NCBI GenBank assembly: GCA_015711855.1
Contig: JACVJF010000003.1
Coordinates: 1 to 63,780, forward strand
Length of the DNA stretch: 63,780 nucleotides
Direction of reading: 5' to 3'
Origin: Candidatus Solincola quzhuomuensis
GTDB lineage: Bacteria; Actinomycetota; Geothermincolia; Geothermincolales; RBG-13-55-18
Shown: positions 1 to 8,749 of the stretch, one piece after another
How positions within the stretch are numbered: the first letter of the stretch is position 1
How the letters are laid out: each line of letters starts with the position of its first letter
Made by a program: the position numbers and the translations under genes
The notes under the pieces: model-generated
The model's database searches: none
Told to the model about the DNA's origin: nothing
The model's input: only the letters and a program-made list of their open reading frames with translations

Positions 1-19
1 GCTGCAAGTGTGCTTCCAT
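1..19 (-). CDS. Probable N-terminus of a gene running off the left edge (MEAHLQ...)
   Basis: ATG at 19-17 preceded by GGAAGG on the minus strand; only 6 codons visible. Confidence 0.35.
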
Positions 20-420
20 GCCTTCCGTTTTCGTTTCTTCCCTACCGGTTCAAACGCACCCGACTTAGAGGCATTTGCCGGTTTAACAGGAGAGCACGCT
101 CTCGTATCGAGCAACGGTTGCCTTCATTCCGCCAGGGCTTTTCCCGAGTCTTCGTAAGAAACTTCCCCTTCAGAACTTCCACTCTGCCCGCTCAAAACCT
201 CGCAGGTTTGACTTGCGGGCCTACACAAAATCAATATTCCTCTTGAAAATTACCGTCGTTTTACTTTTTCCCAATACAAAGAGAACTTTGCGATATGTCT
301 TTTTTGCCATACCTCTTGCCCATGTTTACCGGCTTCTTCATCACAGAATTATACATTAAAATTATTTATATATAATATTGAAATTTTTTGGGAACAAATA
401 CACTTTCCTAGGTGTTGCAT

Positions 421-449
421 AGTTTATTAAAGGTTGGGTGGGCTGTCAA
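421..449 (-). promoter_or_regulatory. Sigma70-type promoter TTGACA-N17-TAAACT, firing leftward
   Basis: Minus-strand TTGACA (449-444), exactly 17 nt, then TAAACT (426-421). Confidence 0.65.
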
Positions 450-454
450 TATTT

Positions 455-650
455 TGTGCCCGTTCACTACACCGTGGACATCTTATCCCCACACCACTTC
501 TCCTCCTGCCACCACCTTAGGAACTCGGCGGGAGTGAGATATCCCGGGCTCCGGTAGGGCCTCACGTTCTTCTTCCTGGCCTGCTCCGTGAGGCCCTCTA
601 TCTCTCGAGGGCCGCCTCTTCTATATGGGAAAAGTCGTGCTTAAGGGATG
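455..650 (-). mobile_element. IS3/IS481-family remnant: transposase C-terminal fragment plus one terminal inverted repeat
   Basis: Start-less minus frame 640-467 reads ...KKNVRPYRSPGYLTPAEFLRWW..., matching the N-x2-RPHxSLGYxTPxEF tail of DDE integrase cores; followed by a TG-ended IR-like sequence TGTGCCCGTTCACTACACCGTGGACA (455-480). Confidence 0.55.
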
Positions 651-950
651 CCGATCTCTGGGAAAGTGACCCCTTAAGGGAAGGAAAGCAGCTCTAAGCG
701 CCTAAGAAATGTCCGCTAAGCGACCCACAGCTGAAAATTTAGCCTTGCCATAATAGCTATTATTAAATTATTTATAAATATTAATTGAGATATAATATAA
801 AAAGATTTAATAAAATTACCGGATCATAGATTCTAAGAAAGGCGGTGATGCCCAAACAAGTTCAAGCAGACTTTCTTGCTTTGAAGGACCAGTCTTAGTA
901 GTCGGTCGGATGCCGGCCTCTAAACGGCAACGGGGGCATGGGGGGTTGAA

Positions 951-2054
951 GTGGAAAAGGCTAACAGATTTTTTCAATCGCGCTGGGGCATGATTTCCAC
1001 GGGGTTGATCATCGGTATCCTGGCTTCCACTCTCCAGAAATTGGGTAACCCCAAAAACATGGGGATCTGCGTGGCCTGCTTCGAGAGGGACATCGCCGGA
1101 TCCTTAGGACTACATCGCGCTTCGCCTGTGCAATACATAAGACCGGAGATAATAGGCTTCGTATTCGGGGCCATGATCGCCGCTTTTCTTTTTCGCGAAT
1201 ACCGAGCACGGGTGGGGTCCGCCCCCGTAATCCGTTTCATGCTCGGTTTCTTTGCCATGGTGGGAGCCCTTGTGTTTCTTGGTTGCCCCTGGAGGGCATT
1301 GCTCCGCTTAGCGGGGGGTGACGGGAACGCCATTCTCGCCCTGGTCGGTCTGGCCTGCGGTGTGGGCATAGGTGTCTCCTTCATCAAGCGCGGCTACAAC
1401 CTTGGGCGAAACCAGAAAGCAAGCCCCATGGTGGGCGCCGTCATGCCCCTCATCATGCTCGGGCTTCTACTGCTCCTTATCGTCAAGCCGGTGCTCGCCA
1501 CAGGAGCTCCGTTCTTCAGTGCAGAAGGTCCGGGGTCCCAACACGCCAATTACCTGGTCGCCTTGGGCATCGCCGTGGTCATCGGGTTCGTCGCCCAGCG
1601 GACCAGGTTCTGCACCATGGGCGCTATCCGCGACGTGATACTCCTGCGAGATTTCCACCTCATGAGCGGCGTGGTGGCACTCCTCGCCGGAGCCTTCGTC
1701 ATGAACCTCATTTACGGCCAAGCGCACTGGGGTTTTGTCGGACAACCGGTGGCCCACACCAACCAGCTCCTAAACTTCGGCGGCATGCTTCTGGCGGGAC
1801 TGGCTTTCGCCCTGGCCGGTGGATGCCCGGGGAGGCAACTCTTCCTTTCCGGTGAGGGAGACGGCGACGCGGCCGTCTTCGTGCTGGGCATGATCGTGGG
1901 TGCCGGTTTCGCCCATAATTTTGGAACCGCCGGCACGCCCTATCCCAACAATCCGGCCAACTGGGGCTGGGGACCGGCGGCCATCATCGTGGGAATTATC
2001 TTCTGCGTGGTGGTGGGACTGACCATGCGGAGCAAGGCGTCCGTAAAGGCCTGA
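951..2054 (+). CDS. yedE: YedE-family putative selenium/sulfur transporter
   Basis: Multi-TM protein with GNPxNMGICVACF, LGCPWR, RTRFCTMG and GGCPGRQ motifs; followed by TusA-like and DUF3343 genes. Confidence 0.85.
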   Translation: MEKANRFFQSRWGMISTGLIIGILASTLQKLGNPKNMGICVACFERDIAGSLGLHRASPVQYIRPEIIGFVFGAMIAAFLFREYRARVGSAPVIRFMLGFFAMVGALVFLGCPWRALLRLAGGDGNAILALVGLACGVGIGVSFIKRGYNLGRNQKASPMVGAVMPLIMLGLLLLLIVKPVLATGAPFFSAEGPGSQHANYLVALGIAVVIGFVAQRTRFCTMGAIRDVILLRDFHLMSGVVALLAGAFVMNLIYGQAHWGFVGQPVAHTNQLLNFGGMLLAGLAFALAGGCPGRQLFLSGEGDGDAAVFVLGMIVGAGFAHNFGTAGTPYPNNPANWGWGPAAIIVGIIFCVVVGLTMRSKASVKA

Positions 2055-2104
2055 AGACGGCCTACAACGCCAATCTTCGTCTTGTCCCAGGGAGGTGGTA
2101 ATCC

Positions 2105-2323
2105 ATGGAGCGCCTGGACTGTCGTGGGCTTTCCTGTCCCCTGCCGGTCACGGAGACCCGCAAGTATCTGGAAAAACTTTCCAGAGGGGGAAAACTGGAG
2201 GTGATCGTGGATACCGGAACGGCACGGGACAACGTCTCCAGGCTGGCGGCCAGAGAGGGGTGTGAGGTGGAGGTATCGGAGACGGAAAACGAGGAGTTCA
2301 TCTTGACCATAACCAAGAAGTAG
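2105..2323 (+). CDS. SirA/TusA/YedF-family sulfurtransferase
   Basis: 72 aa; LDCRGLSCPLPV motif; GGAGG RBS. Confidence 0.85.
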   Translation: MERLDCRGLSCPLPVTETRKYLEKLSRGGKLEVIVDTGTARDNVSRLAAREGCEVEVSETENEEFILTITKK

Positions 2324-2390
2324 CCTTCCTACGCCGAGCGGCTAAAAAAACATTGGTTAATCCATCCAGTCAGGTAATAGCGGAGCGGCG

Positions 2391-2642
2391 ATGGGAAGAC
2401 GGCTCAAGGACCCGTTTGAGGGAAAACCCACCCGTGTGGTGCTTTTTTACTCCATGCATTACGCCATCAGGGCGGAAAAAATAGCCCTGGAACAGGGGCT
2501 CGCCGTCAAGCTCATCCCCATACCTCGACACCTTAGCTCGGACTGCGGGGTATGCCTCCGGCATCTTGCCCTGGAGAGTGATCGCCTGCGAGAAGCCTTG
2601 GAATCCAAGGGCGTGGAATACGACCGTTTCGAGGATTACTGA
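2391..2642 (+). CDS. DUF3343-family small protein
   Basis: H-A-x-x-AEK ... LIPxPRxLSSDCG pattern; usual neighbour of yedE/tusA. Confidence 0.75.
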   Translation: MGRRLKDPFEGKPTRVVLFYSMHYAIRAEKIALEQGLAVKLIPIPRHLSSDCGVCLRHLALESDRLREALESKGVEYDRFEDY

Positions 2643-2832
2643 GAAGCCGCGTGGAAGTTGCCGAGGATGGACATTTGATGGCCGCAAACACCGTAGGAAA
2701 CAAGCCGCGAGACCGCTTCGCAAGCGAATCGCAAGATGTCCATAGCCGGAAACCGCCTTTGTCCCCGTACCCCAGGTTCCCCATCCCCAACCTGCATCGA
2801 TGCGGGAAGGCGGCGATCCCACCTCTTGCCTT

Positions 2833-3225
2833 TCAGGTATTGCCCACGGGGCGGAACTGGTGGAGGACCAACCCGTCCGGAGAGGTCCAGGTGGAGAAGG
2901 TCACCCGCATCCCGATGTGCAGGTCCTCGTAAGGGGCGTCGACGCGGGTGAAGACGTTGCCCACTCCCTCCAACTCCACTAACCCCAAGACCTCCGGCTT
3001 TCGGCAGCGTATGGCCGCCTCCTGCCAGGTAAAGGCCAGGAGGATGCCCTCGCAGGGCAGGTCCACCCATTCCATCTCCCCGCTCAGGCACTCCGGGCAC
3101 ACCACCCGCGGTGGATAGTGCACCCTCCCGCATCCCCTGCACCGCGTGCTCTGGAACTTCCCCTCCGAAAGCCGGGAGAAGAACTCCTCCGCGGCGCGAT
3201 CCTGCATGTAGGGCTTGGTATCCAT
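2833..3225 (-). CDS. DUF35 Zn-ribbon/OB-fold protein
   Basis: CRGCGRVHYPPRVVCPEC ribbon followed by an OB-fold; directly downstream of a thiolase-like gene. Confidence 0.85.
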   Translation of the reverse strand: MDTKPYMQDRAAEEFFSRLSEGKFQSTRCRGCGRVHYPPRVVCPECLSGEMEWVDLPCEGILLAFTWQEAAIRCRKPEVLGLVELEGVGNVFTRVDAPYEDLHIGMRVTFSTWTSPDGLVLHQFRPVGNT

Positions 3226-3240
3226 AAATCCTCACCCCGC

Positions 3241-4437
3241 TCAGGACATCTCCCGGTCCAGGACCATCACTATGGAGCCGTTGATGAACCCCTGCTCGGT
3301 GTGCACCAGGCCCACCGCGGCCCCCGGGCGCTGGCGCTCCCCGGCCTCGCCCCGGAGCTGTCGCACCACCTCCACGATCTCCAGGAGGGGGGTGACGTAG
3401 GCCGGATGGCCCAGGGAGAGCCTACCCCCGCTGGGGTTGAGGAGGACGTCTCCTCCGTGGGTGGTCCTCCCCTCCCGGACAGCGGCCGGGGCTTCTCCCC
3501 GGGGGAAGAACCCCAGCCTCTCGTACATGATGAGTTCCAGGCCGGCGAAGGCCCCGTAGACCTCGGCTACGTCCACCTCCTCCACCCGGTAGCCGCTTTC
3601 GGCCAGGGCGGCACGGACGGCGCGTTCCACGCAGGGGAACTCGTCTATCTCCCCTCGGTAGGGGAGGAAATTGGTGGGGTCGTGAGCCTCGGCCACGGCA
3701 GCTATCCTCACGGCTCGGCTCCGGTCGCGAAGCAGTTCCTCCGAGACCAGCACCACCGCCGCGGCGCCGTCGTGCATCTCCGAGCTCTCCAGGCGGTGGA
3801 TGGGTGGGGACACCAGGGGGCTTAAGAGCACCTCCTCCACCGTCAGGGGTTCCTTGTAGGCGGCCTGAGGATGCCTGAGGGCATGCTCCCTTAGGAGGAC
3901 GGCTACTCGGGCCACGTCCTCGGGCTCCAAGCCGTACTTGTGCATGTACCTCTGCACGGCCATGGCGTAGAAGGGGAGAGGGCTGATCACCCCGTAGGCC
4001 GCCTGGTAGGTGTCGTAGAGCGAGTTGGCGGCCCTTATGAGGTGGAAGTGGCCCAAAACGTCCTTCTGGACCTCCTTTTTGGGTACCTCCCTTTGAGCCG
4101 CGTAGACCAGGCAGGAGCTTATCCTCCCCAAGCGGATGCGGTCGCAGGCGACCTGCACGGCGGCGGTGCTGGAGTTGCCGCCGCTGTCCACGTCCATCAT
4201 GAACCCGGCGGTGATGCCCAGATAATCGGCCATCCTCTGGCTGGGAAAACGGCGGAAGTCGGCCATGTAGCCGTGCGGTGTGGTGGCGATGCCCTCCACC
4301 TCGCGGGGGAGGAGCCCGGCATCCCGCAGGGCCTCGGCGCACACCCGCGCCCCCAGCTCATGGGGATCGAGGATATGCCTCCCCACGTCGGCCATGGCCA
4401 CGCCGGCTACATAGACCTCCTTCACCGCGTCATCCAC
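3241..4437 (-). CDS. SCP2-type thiolase-like protein lacking the nucleophilic Cys (Ltp2-like aldolase candidate)
   Basis: Thiolase fold motifs NPSGGRLSLGHP and MHDGAAAVVL; VDSGGNSS in place of VxxxCASG; EVYGAF in place of ExHDxF. Confidence 0.75.
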   Translation of the reverse strand: MDDAVKEVYVAGVAMADVGRHILDPHELGARVCAEALRDAGLLPREVEGIATTPHGYMADFRRFPSQRMADYLGITAGFMMDVDSGGNSSTAAVQVACDRIRLGRISSCLVYAAQREVPKKEVQKDVLGHFHLIRAANSLYDTYQAAYGVISPLPFYAMAVQRYMHKYGLEPEDVARVAVLLREHALRHPQAAYKEPLTVEEVLLSPLVSPPIHRLESSEMHDGAAAVVLVSEELLRDRSRAVRIAAVAEAHDPTNFLPYRGEIDEFPCVERAVRAALAESGYRVEEVDVAEVYGAFAGLELIMYERLGFFPRGEAPAAVREGRTTHGGDVLLNPSGGRLSLGHPAYVTPLLEIVEVVRQLRGEAGERQRPGAAVGLVHTEQGFINGSIVMVLDREMS

Positions 4438-4860
4438 CTCCGAAGCTCACCCTTTGCCGAAAGAACGGTTATATTTATAAGGCCTTTCCGGGCAATCGGC
4501 AAACATCACTGAGATCACCAAACTCGGTTCTCGGCGCCGGTCTCCTTGACGCCAGGAGATAAAAACAAGCGCATTATCTATATAGGCATGGCAACAACGT
4601 CACTTTTCGGATCTATCCTCGTGTTGATCATCGCAGAGCTCTGATCTCCGCCTGTCGCCATGCTTCTCCGCGGGACCCTACTTTGCCTCTTGACCCACTC
4701 ACGGGACGGACGAATTATGCTGCGACTCCCGCCCCCGTGGCTTCCGAGGTTAAGGGGCAATCGAGATGGGAAAGATAATTATGCCTCCCGATCTCGAGAA
4801 GGAGCGCTGCCGAGGGACAAACCCTCCAGAAACACTAATGAAGGAAGGGAGTGGTTCAAG

Positions 4861-6270
4861 ATGTCCGATAAGCGGAGGATAGTGGTGGTCGGCGGGGTAG
4901 CCGGGGGAGCAACCGCCGCTTCCAAAGCCCGGCGATGCTGCCCGGACGCGGAGATAGAGATTTACGACCAGGACGAATTCATCTCCTATGCCGGATGCGG
5001 CCTCCCGTACTTCATAGGGGGGCATTCTCCCAACTGGCGAAGGCTCCTGGCTCGCACCCCGGACCAGTTCCTGGAAAAGCAAGGGATCCGCGTCTTTCTC
5101 CGCCACCGCGTGAGTTCCATCGACACCACCAATAAGACCCTACGTGTAGTGGATCTGGAAGGGGTGAGCGAGCTTTCCATCGACTACGACGTGCTCATCC
5201 TGGCCACCGGAGCCGCTCCCGTGGTCCCGCCCCTGCCCGGGCGTGACCTGGAAGGGGTCTTCGTCCTCCGCACCCTAACCCAGGCCCTGGAGATGAAATC
5301 CTTCATCGACCTGCAGGCGCCCCATCGCGCGGTCATCGTGGGAGGCGGGGCTGTGGGCCTGGAGATGTGCGAGGCCCTGAGGCGCTTGGGAGTGGAGGTC
5401 CATCTGGTGGAGCTGCTGGACCACGTCCTGCCGCCGCTGGATGCCGACCTGGCCAGCATGCTCGGCGATCACCTGGAAAAGAACGGAGTGCAGCTCCACC
5501 TGGGGGAGAAAGTGGAGGGCCTGGAGGGAGACGGCAACGGCAGGGTGCGGCGAGTGGTCACTTCCGGAGGCGTGTTGGAAGCCGAGCTGGTACTTCTTTC
5601 CATCGGTATACGTCCCGTCAGCGACCTGGCCGGCCAAGCGGGGATCGAGCTGGGCGTGCGTGGAGCCGTCAGGGTGGACGCGGGAATGCGCACCAGCGCT
5701 CCCGACGTCCTGGCCTGCGGGGACTGCGCCACCACCCTGCACCGGGTGACGGGAAAGGAAAGCTGGATACCCCTGGGCTCCACGGCCCGCAAGCAAGGTC
5801 GGGTGGCCGGGGAGACGGCGGCAGGGAACGAGGCTTCCTTTCCCGGAGTGCTGGGGACCTTCATCCTCAAAGCCTTCGACATGGCCGCCGGCAAGACCGG
5901 ACTCGGCGTATCCGAGGCCGTCGAGGCCGGCTTCCAGGCGGACGCGGTCACCGTAGAGGACTCCGTCTTACCCGGATACTACACCAGGGACCTTCCCCGC
6001 CTCACGGTCAGGGTGACCGTGGAGAAGAATACGGGAAGGGTGCTCGGCGCCCAGGTGGTGGGCGATTACGCGGCCCAGGCGGACAAGCGCTTGGACGTTT
6101 TCTCCCTATGCCTGGCGGCGGGATTGACGGCGAGCGACCTCTCCTCCCTGGACTTGGCCTACGCCCCGCCCTTCAGCCGGCCCGTGGACCTTCCCATCGT
6201 GGCCGGGAACCTGGCCGAGGCCCGGGTGCTGGGGCGGGAATGCACCTGCGACGCCGAAGGCCTTGAGTAA
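4861..6270 (+). CDS. CoA-disulfide reductase / NADH oxidase-family flavoprotein
   Basis: VVVGGVAGG FAD motif, SYAGCGLPY redox Cys, GGGAVGLE NAD motif, DLAYAPPFS tail; start placed at ATG 4861 after GGAAGGGAG. Confidence 0.85.
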   Translation: MSDKRRIVVVGGVAGGATAASKARRCCPDAEIEIYDQDEFISYAGCGLPYFIGGHSPNWRRLLARTPDQFLEKQGIRVFLRHRVSSIDTTNKTLRVVDLEGVSELSIDYDVLILATGAAPVVPPLPGRDLEGVFVLRTLTQALEMKSFIDLQAPHRAVIVGGGAVGLEMCEALRRLGVEVHLVELLDHVLPPLDADLASMLGDHLEKNGVQLHLGEKVEGLEGDGNGRVRRVVTSGGVLEAELVLLSIGIRPVSDLAGQAGIELGVRGAVRVDAGMRTSAPDVLACGDCATTLHRVTGKESWIPLGSTARKQGRVAGETAAGNEASFPGVLGTFILKAFDMAAGKTGLGVSEAVEAGFQADAVTVEDSVLPGYYTRDLPRLTVRVTVEKNTGRVLGAQVVGDYAAQADKRLDVFSLCLAAGLTASDLSSLDLAYAPPFSRPVDLPIVAGNLAEARVLGRECTCDAEGLE

Positions 6271-6406
6271 ACCCCGAGGTCGGTTCATCTTCTCATCCGA
6301 AGGAGTCGGGGCGTGGGGCGGAAAAGGAGGCCATTCCCGACCATGTCCCCGGACGCGGTCGATGGCTTGTTCCACGACACGCGATACGGTGGGCATCTAC
6401 GTTCGA

Positions 6407-6445
6407 ATACCCCTAAGGGTATCAAAATTCAAGACCTGACCCCTT
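6407..6445. repeat. 39-nt hairpin-containing dispersed repeat, copy 1
   Basis: ATACCC-CTAA-GGGTAT-CAAAATTCAAGACCTGACCCCTT; matches 45760-45798. Confidence 0.8.
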
Positions 6446-6826
6446 GATTAGTTTGGTAACGGTTTCCAGGAGAACGTCGGGATCCGCGGGCTTCTCCAGG
6501 TAGGCCGCATAATCCATCTTGCGGCCCGTCTCCAGCTCATAGCGCCGGTTGCTCACCTCCTCCCGCACCGAGGTGAGGATGACCACGGGGATCTTGGACC
6601 AGCGCTCGTAGCGGGGGTCGCGCAGCATTTGGAAGACGGCGAAACCGTCCACGTGCGGCATGAGCAGGTCCAGGATGATGAGGTCCGGGCTTTCCAGCTT
6701 GATCTTCTCCAGCGCCTCGGCCCCGTCCTTGGCGGTAATCACTTCGTACCCCTCGTCCTCGAGGAGCATGGTGATCACCTCCACCACGTCCGGGTCGTCG
6801 TCCGCCAGCAGTATCTTTTTCTGCAT
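6422..6826 (-). CDS. Single-domain response regulator (receiver only)
   Basis: ILLADDD, DLIILDLLMP, ILTS and YLEKP receiver motifs; no output domain. Confidence 0.9.
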   Translation of the reverse strand: MQKKILLADDDPDVVEVITMLLEDEGYEVITAKDGAEALEKIKLESPDLIILDLLMPHVDGFAVFQMLRDPRYERWSKIPVVILTSVREEVSNRRYELETGRKMDYAAYLEKPADPDVLLETVTKLIKGSGLEF

Positions 6827-6948
6827 CTCGCACCTCCGTCGTTGTTCCGTCTCCGGTCTTTACACTTCCGCGCCGCTTATTTCTCGATAAATGAAAGTGA
6901 TCACCCTTGTGGATAGACCTCTCTTTCCGGGGTTTTAGCATGCCTCCG

Positions 6949-8235
6949 CTAATCGCTATCCGTGACCTCGTGGTGGGACTCCATGATCCACCGGTCCTCG
7001 AGGGAGCAAGTTACCCCCACGGGGATGGTGAAGGTCACCCGGGTTCCGATCCCTGTCTCCGGAACCGGGCTTTCCGCCCATATCTCGCCATGGTGCATGT
7101 CCACGATACGCTTGCATATGGACAGTCCCAGACCCGTGCCTTCGGGGGAATCCGGGTCGCCCTTGTAGAACTCCTCGAATATGTGGGGCAGTTTCTCCGG
7201 TTCAATGCCCGTACCCTCGTCCTCCACGCTCACCGTGACCGCGTCGTCTTCCCTGCGAGCCCTGATCGTGATCTTCCCCCCTCGCGGGGTGTAACGCACG
7301 GAATTGGAGACCAGGTTGAGGATGAGCTGTTGGAGCCGGACGTCCGAGGCGAAGACCTCGGGTAAGGGATGGCGTATCTCGGTGGCCACGTTTATTCCCT
7401 TAGGCTCGGCAAGTTCGTGGGCCATCTCCACGGCGGCCGACAATACCTCCTCCCAGGAAACCGTCTTCAGCTCCGCGAGAATCTGGCCGCTCTCCAGTCG
7501 GGAGAGTTCCAAGAGATCGCTTATCAGCTCCATCATCCCGTCCAGGCGCTGGATGCTCCTTCTTATGCCCTCCACTAGGCGATCATCCAGACGGTTCGCA
7601 GCCTTGCGCAGTAATAGTTTGAGGTATCCCTGCACCGCCACCAGGGGGGACTTTAGGTCATGGGTGACCATGGAGAGGAAACTCAGGAAGTGGCGCCTCT
7701 CGTCCCTCATGCGCAGTAGACTCCGGCGCACTTCTTCGGCATCTCTGGTCGCCGATTCGCGTTCCTCGGCCATCTCCAGTATGGTCCCGCACAACTCGGC
7801 GACCGAGCTCAGAAAATCTATGTCCTCCCGGTTGAATCTCTTGGCTTCCTCGAAGTAGAGCCGCATTACTCCCCTGATGCCCCGGCTGTCCCGGAAGGGG
7901 AGGAAGACGATGGAGGAGATCCCCTCGCGCCGGAGTTCCTCGCGATGGATGATGCGGGGGTCACCGTTCACGTCCCAAACGAAAAGCGGATTGCCCCGCA
8001 GCACCTGGCGCAGAGCGTGGTCAGCGATAACCTGACCTCTCTGCAGATATGGACCGCTTACTCCGCAACTGATACCCGGCTCCAGTCGCTCGCCCTCATC
8101 CCGAACGACGAGCATGGAGCATCCCTTAGCTCCCGTACCCCGGGAAGTTGCTTCGGCCAGGGAACGGATTATGTTCTCCACTCCTCCCGCCGAGACCACT
8201 GCGCGGGCTATCTCCCTGATGATTTGCCGCCTCAA
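6949..8235 (-). CDS. GAF-domain sensor histidine kinase
   Basis: N-terminal GAF-like region; H-box THDLKSPL, N-box LVSNSVRY, DEGTGI and GTGLGL. Confidence 0.9.
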   Translation of the reverse strand: MRRQIIREIARAVVSAGGVENIIRSLAEATSRGTGAKGCSMLVVRDEGERLEPGISCGVSGPYLQRGQVIADHALRQVLRGNPLFVWDVNGDPRIIHREELRREGISSIVFLPFRDSRGIRGVMRLYFEEAKRFNREDIDFLSSVAELCGTILEMAEERESATRDAEEVRRSLLRMRDERRHFLSFLSMVTHDLKSPLVAVQGYLKLLLRKAANRLDDRLVEGIRRSIQRLDGMMELISDLLELSRLESGQILAELKTVSWEEVLSAAVEMAHELAEPKGINVATEIRHPLPEVFASDVRLQQLILNLVSNSVRYTPRGGKITIRARREDDAVTVSVEDEGTGIEPEKLPHIFEEFYKGDPDSPEGTGLGLSICKRIVDMHHGEIWAESPVPETGIGTRVTFTIPVGVTCSLEDRWIMESHHEVTDSD

Positions 8236-8749
8236 ACGCCTACCCCTCTCCTGTGATCGAGGCCGATTTTCCTGCGCCGCGGGTAATCTTCGCCGGGGCG
8301 GAACGTCCGCCGCAAGACCCTGCGCGATATTTCCATCTTCTTAACGTCTACGGAAACCGGGGTCACGTCCCGCCAATCTGGAAAAGGTTTCGCCGCGGAG
8401 CTTTTCTCCAAATCGCCGAGAACGAAATCCCCAATGGTATTTAAATTATATACCTCCCGATGCTCGCGGAAATAACGCCCCAGGCCGACGGCTTCTCGCC
8501 ACACCGTCCATAAAAACCGAAGGGCCCTCTATGAAGGACGATGTTGGGTATGCTCTTGCGCGTCGGAACCATCCGCCCAAAGATGCTCCTGCGGGGCGCG
8601 CTCGGCTCCGTTGACATATAATTAACGGGTGGAAAACGGACCGGGTGTAACGAGCCTTGCGAGCAGCAAGGGTCAGGAAGGCGGGGTGACAGCGCGGGCG
8701 CCTCGAAAGAACGGGGAAAGACGGCGGCAGAGATAAAAGGAGCATCATC

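Noticed and set aside
667-677. TGACCCCTTAA matching the end of the 39-nt repeat
   Set aside because: Only 11 nt match and the hairpin is missing
848-898. 16-codon leader ORF MPKQVQADFLALKDQS before yedE
   Set aside because: The SD-like AAAGGCGGTG abuts the ATG with no spacer, and the peptide has no Cys or other regulatory codon run
2833-2835. TGA stops of the DUF35 gene and of DUF3343 (2640-2642) as possible selenocysteine read-through near yedE
   Set aside because: Both proteins are complete at the TGA; downstream frames are not protein-like and show no SECIS-like hairpin I can support
8232-8504. 90-aa ORF upstream of the kinase
   Set aside because: Contains a TATAAT and lacks a convincing RBS or domain; more likely promoter and leader
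8611-8622. TTGACA directly followed by TATAAT upstream of glpD
   Set aside because: Zero spacer cannot form one promoter; neither hexamer has a properly spaced partner
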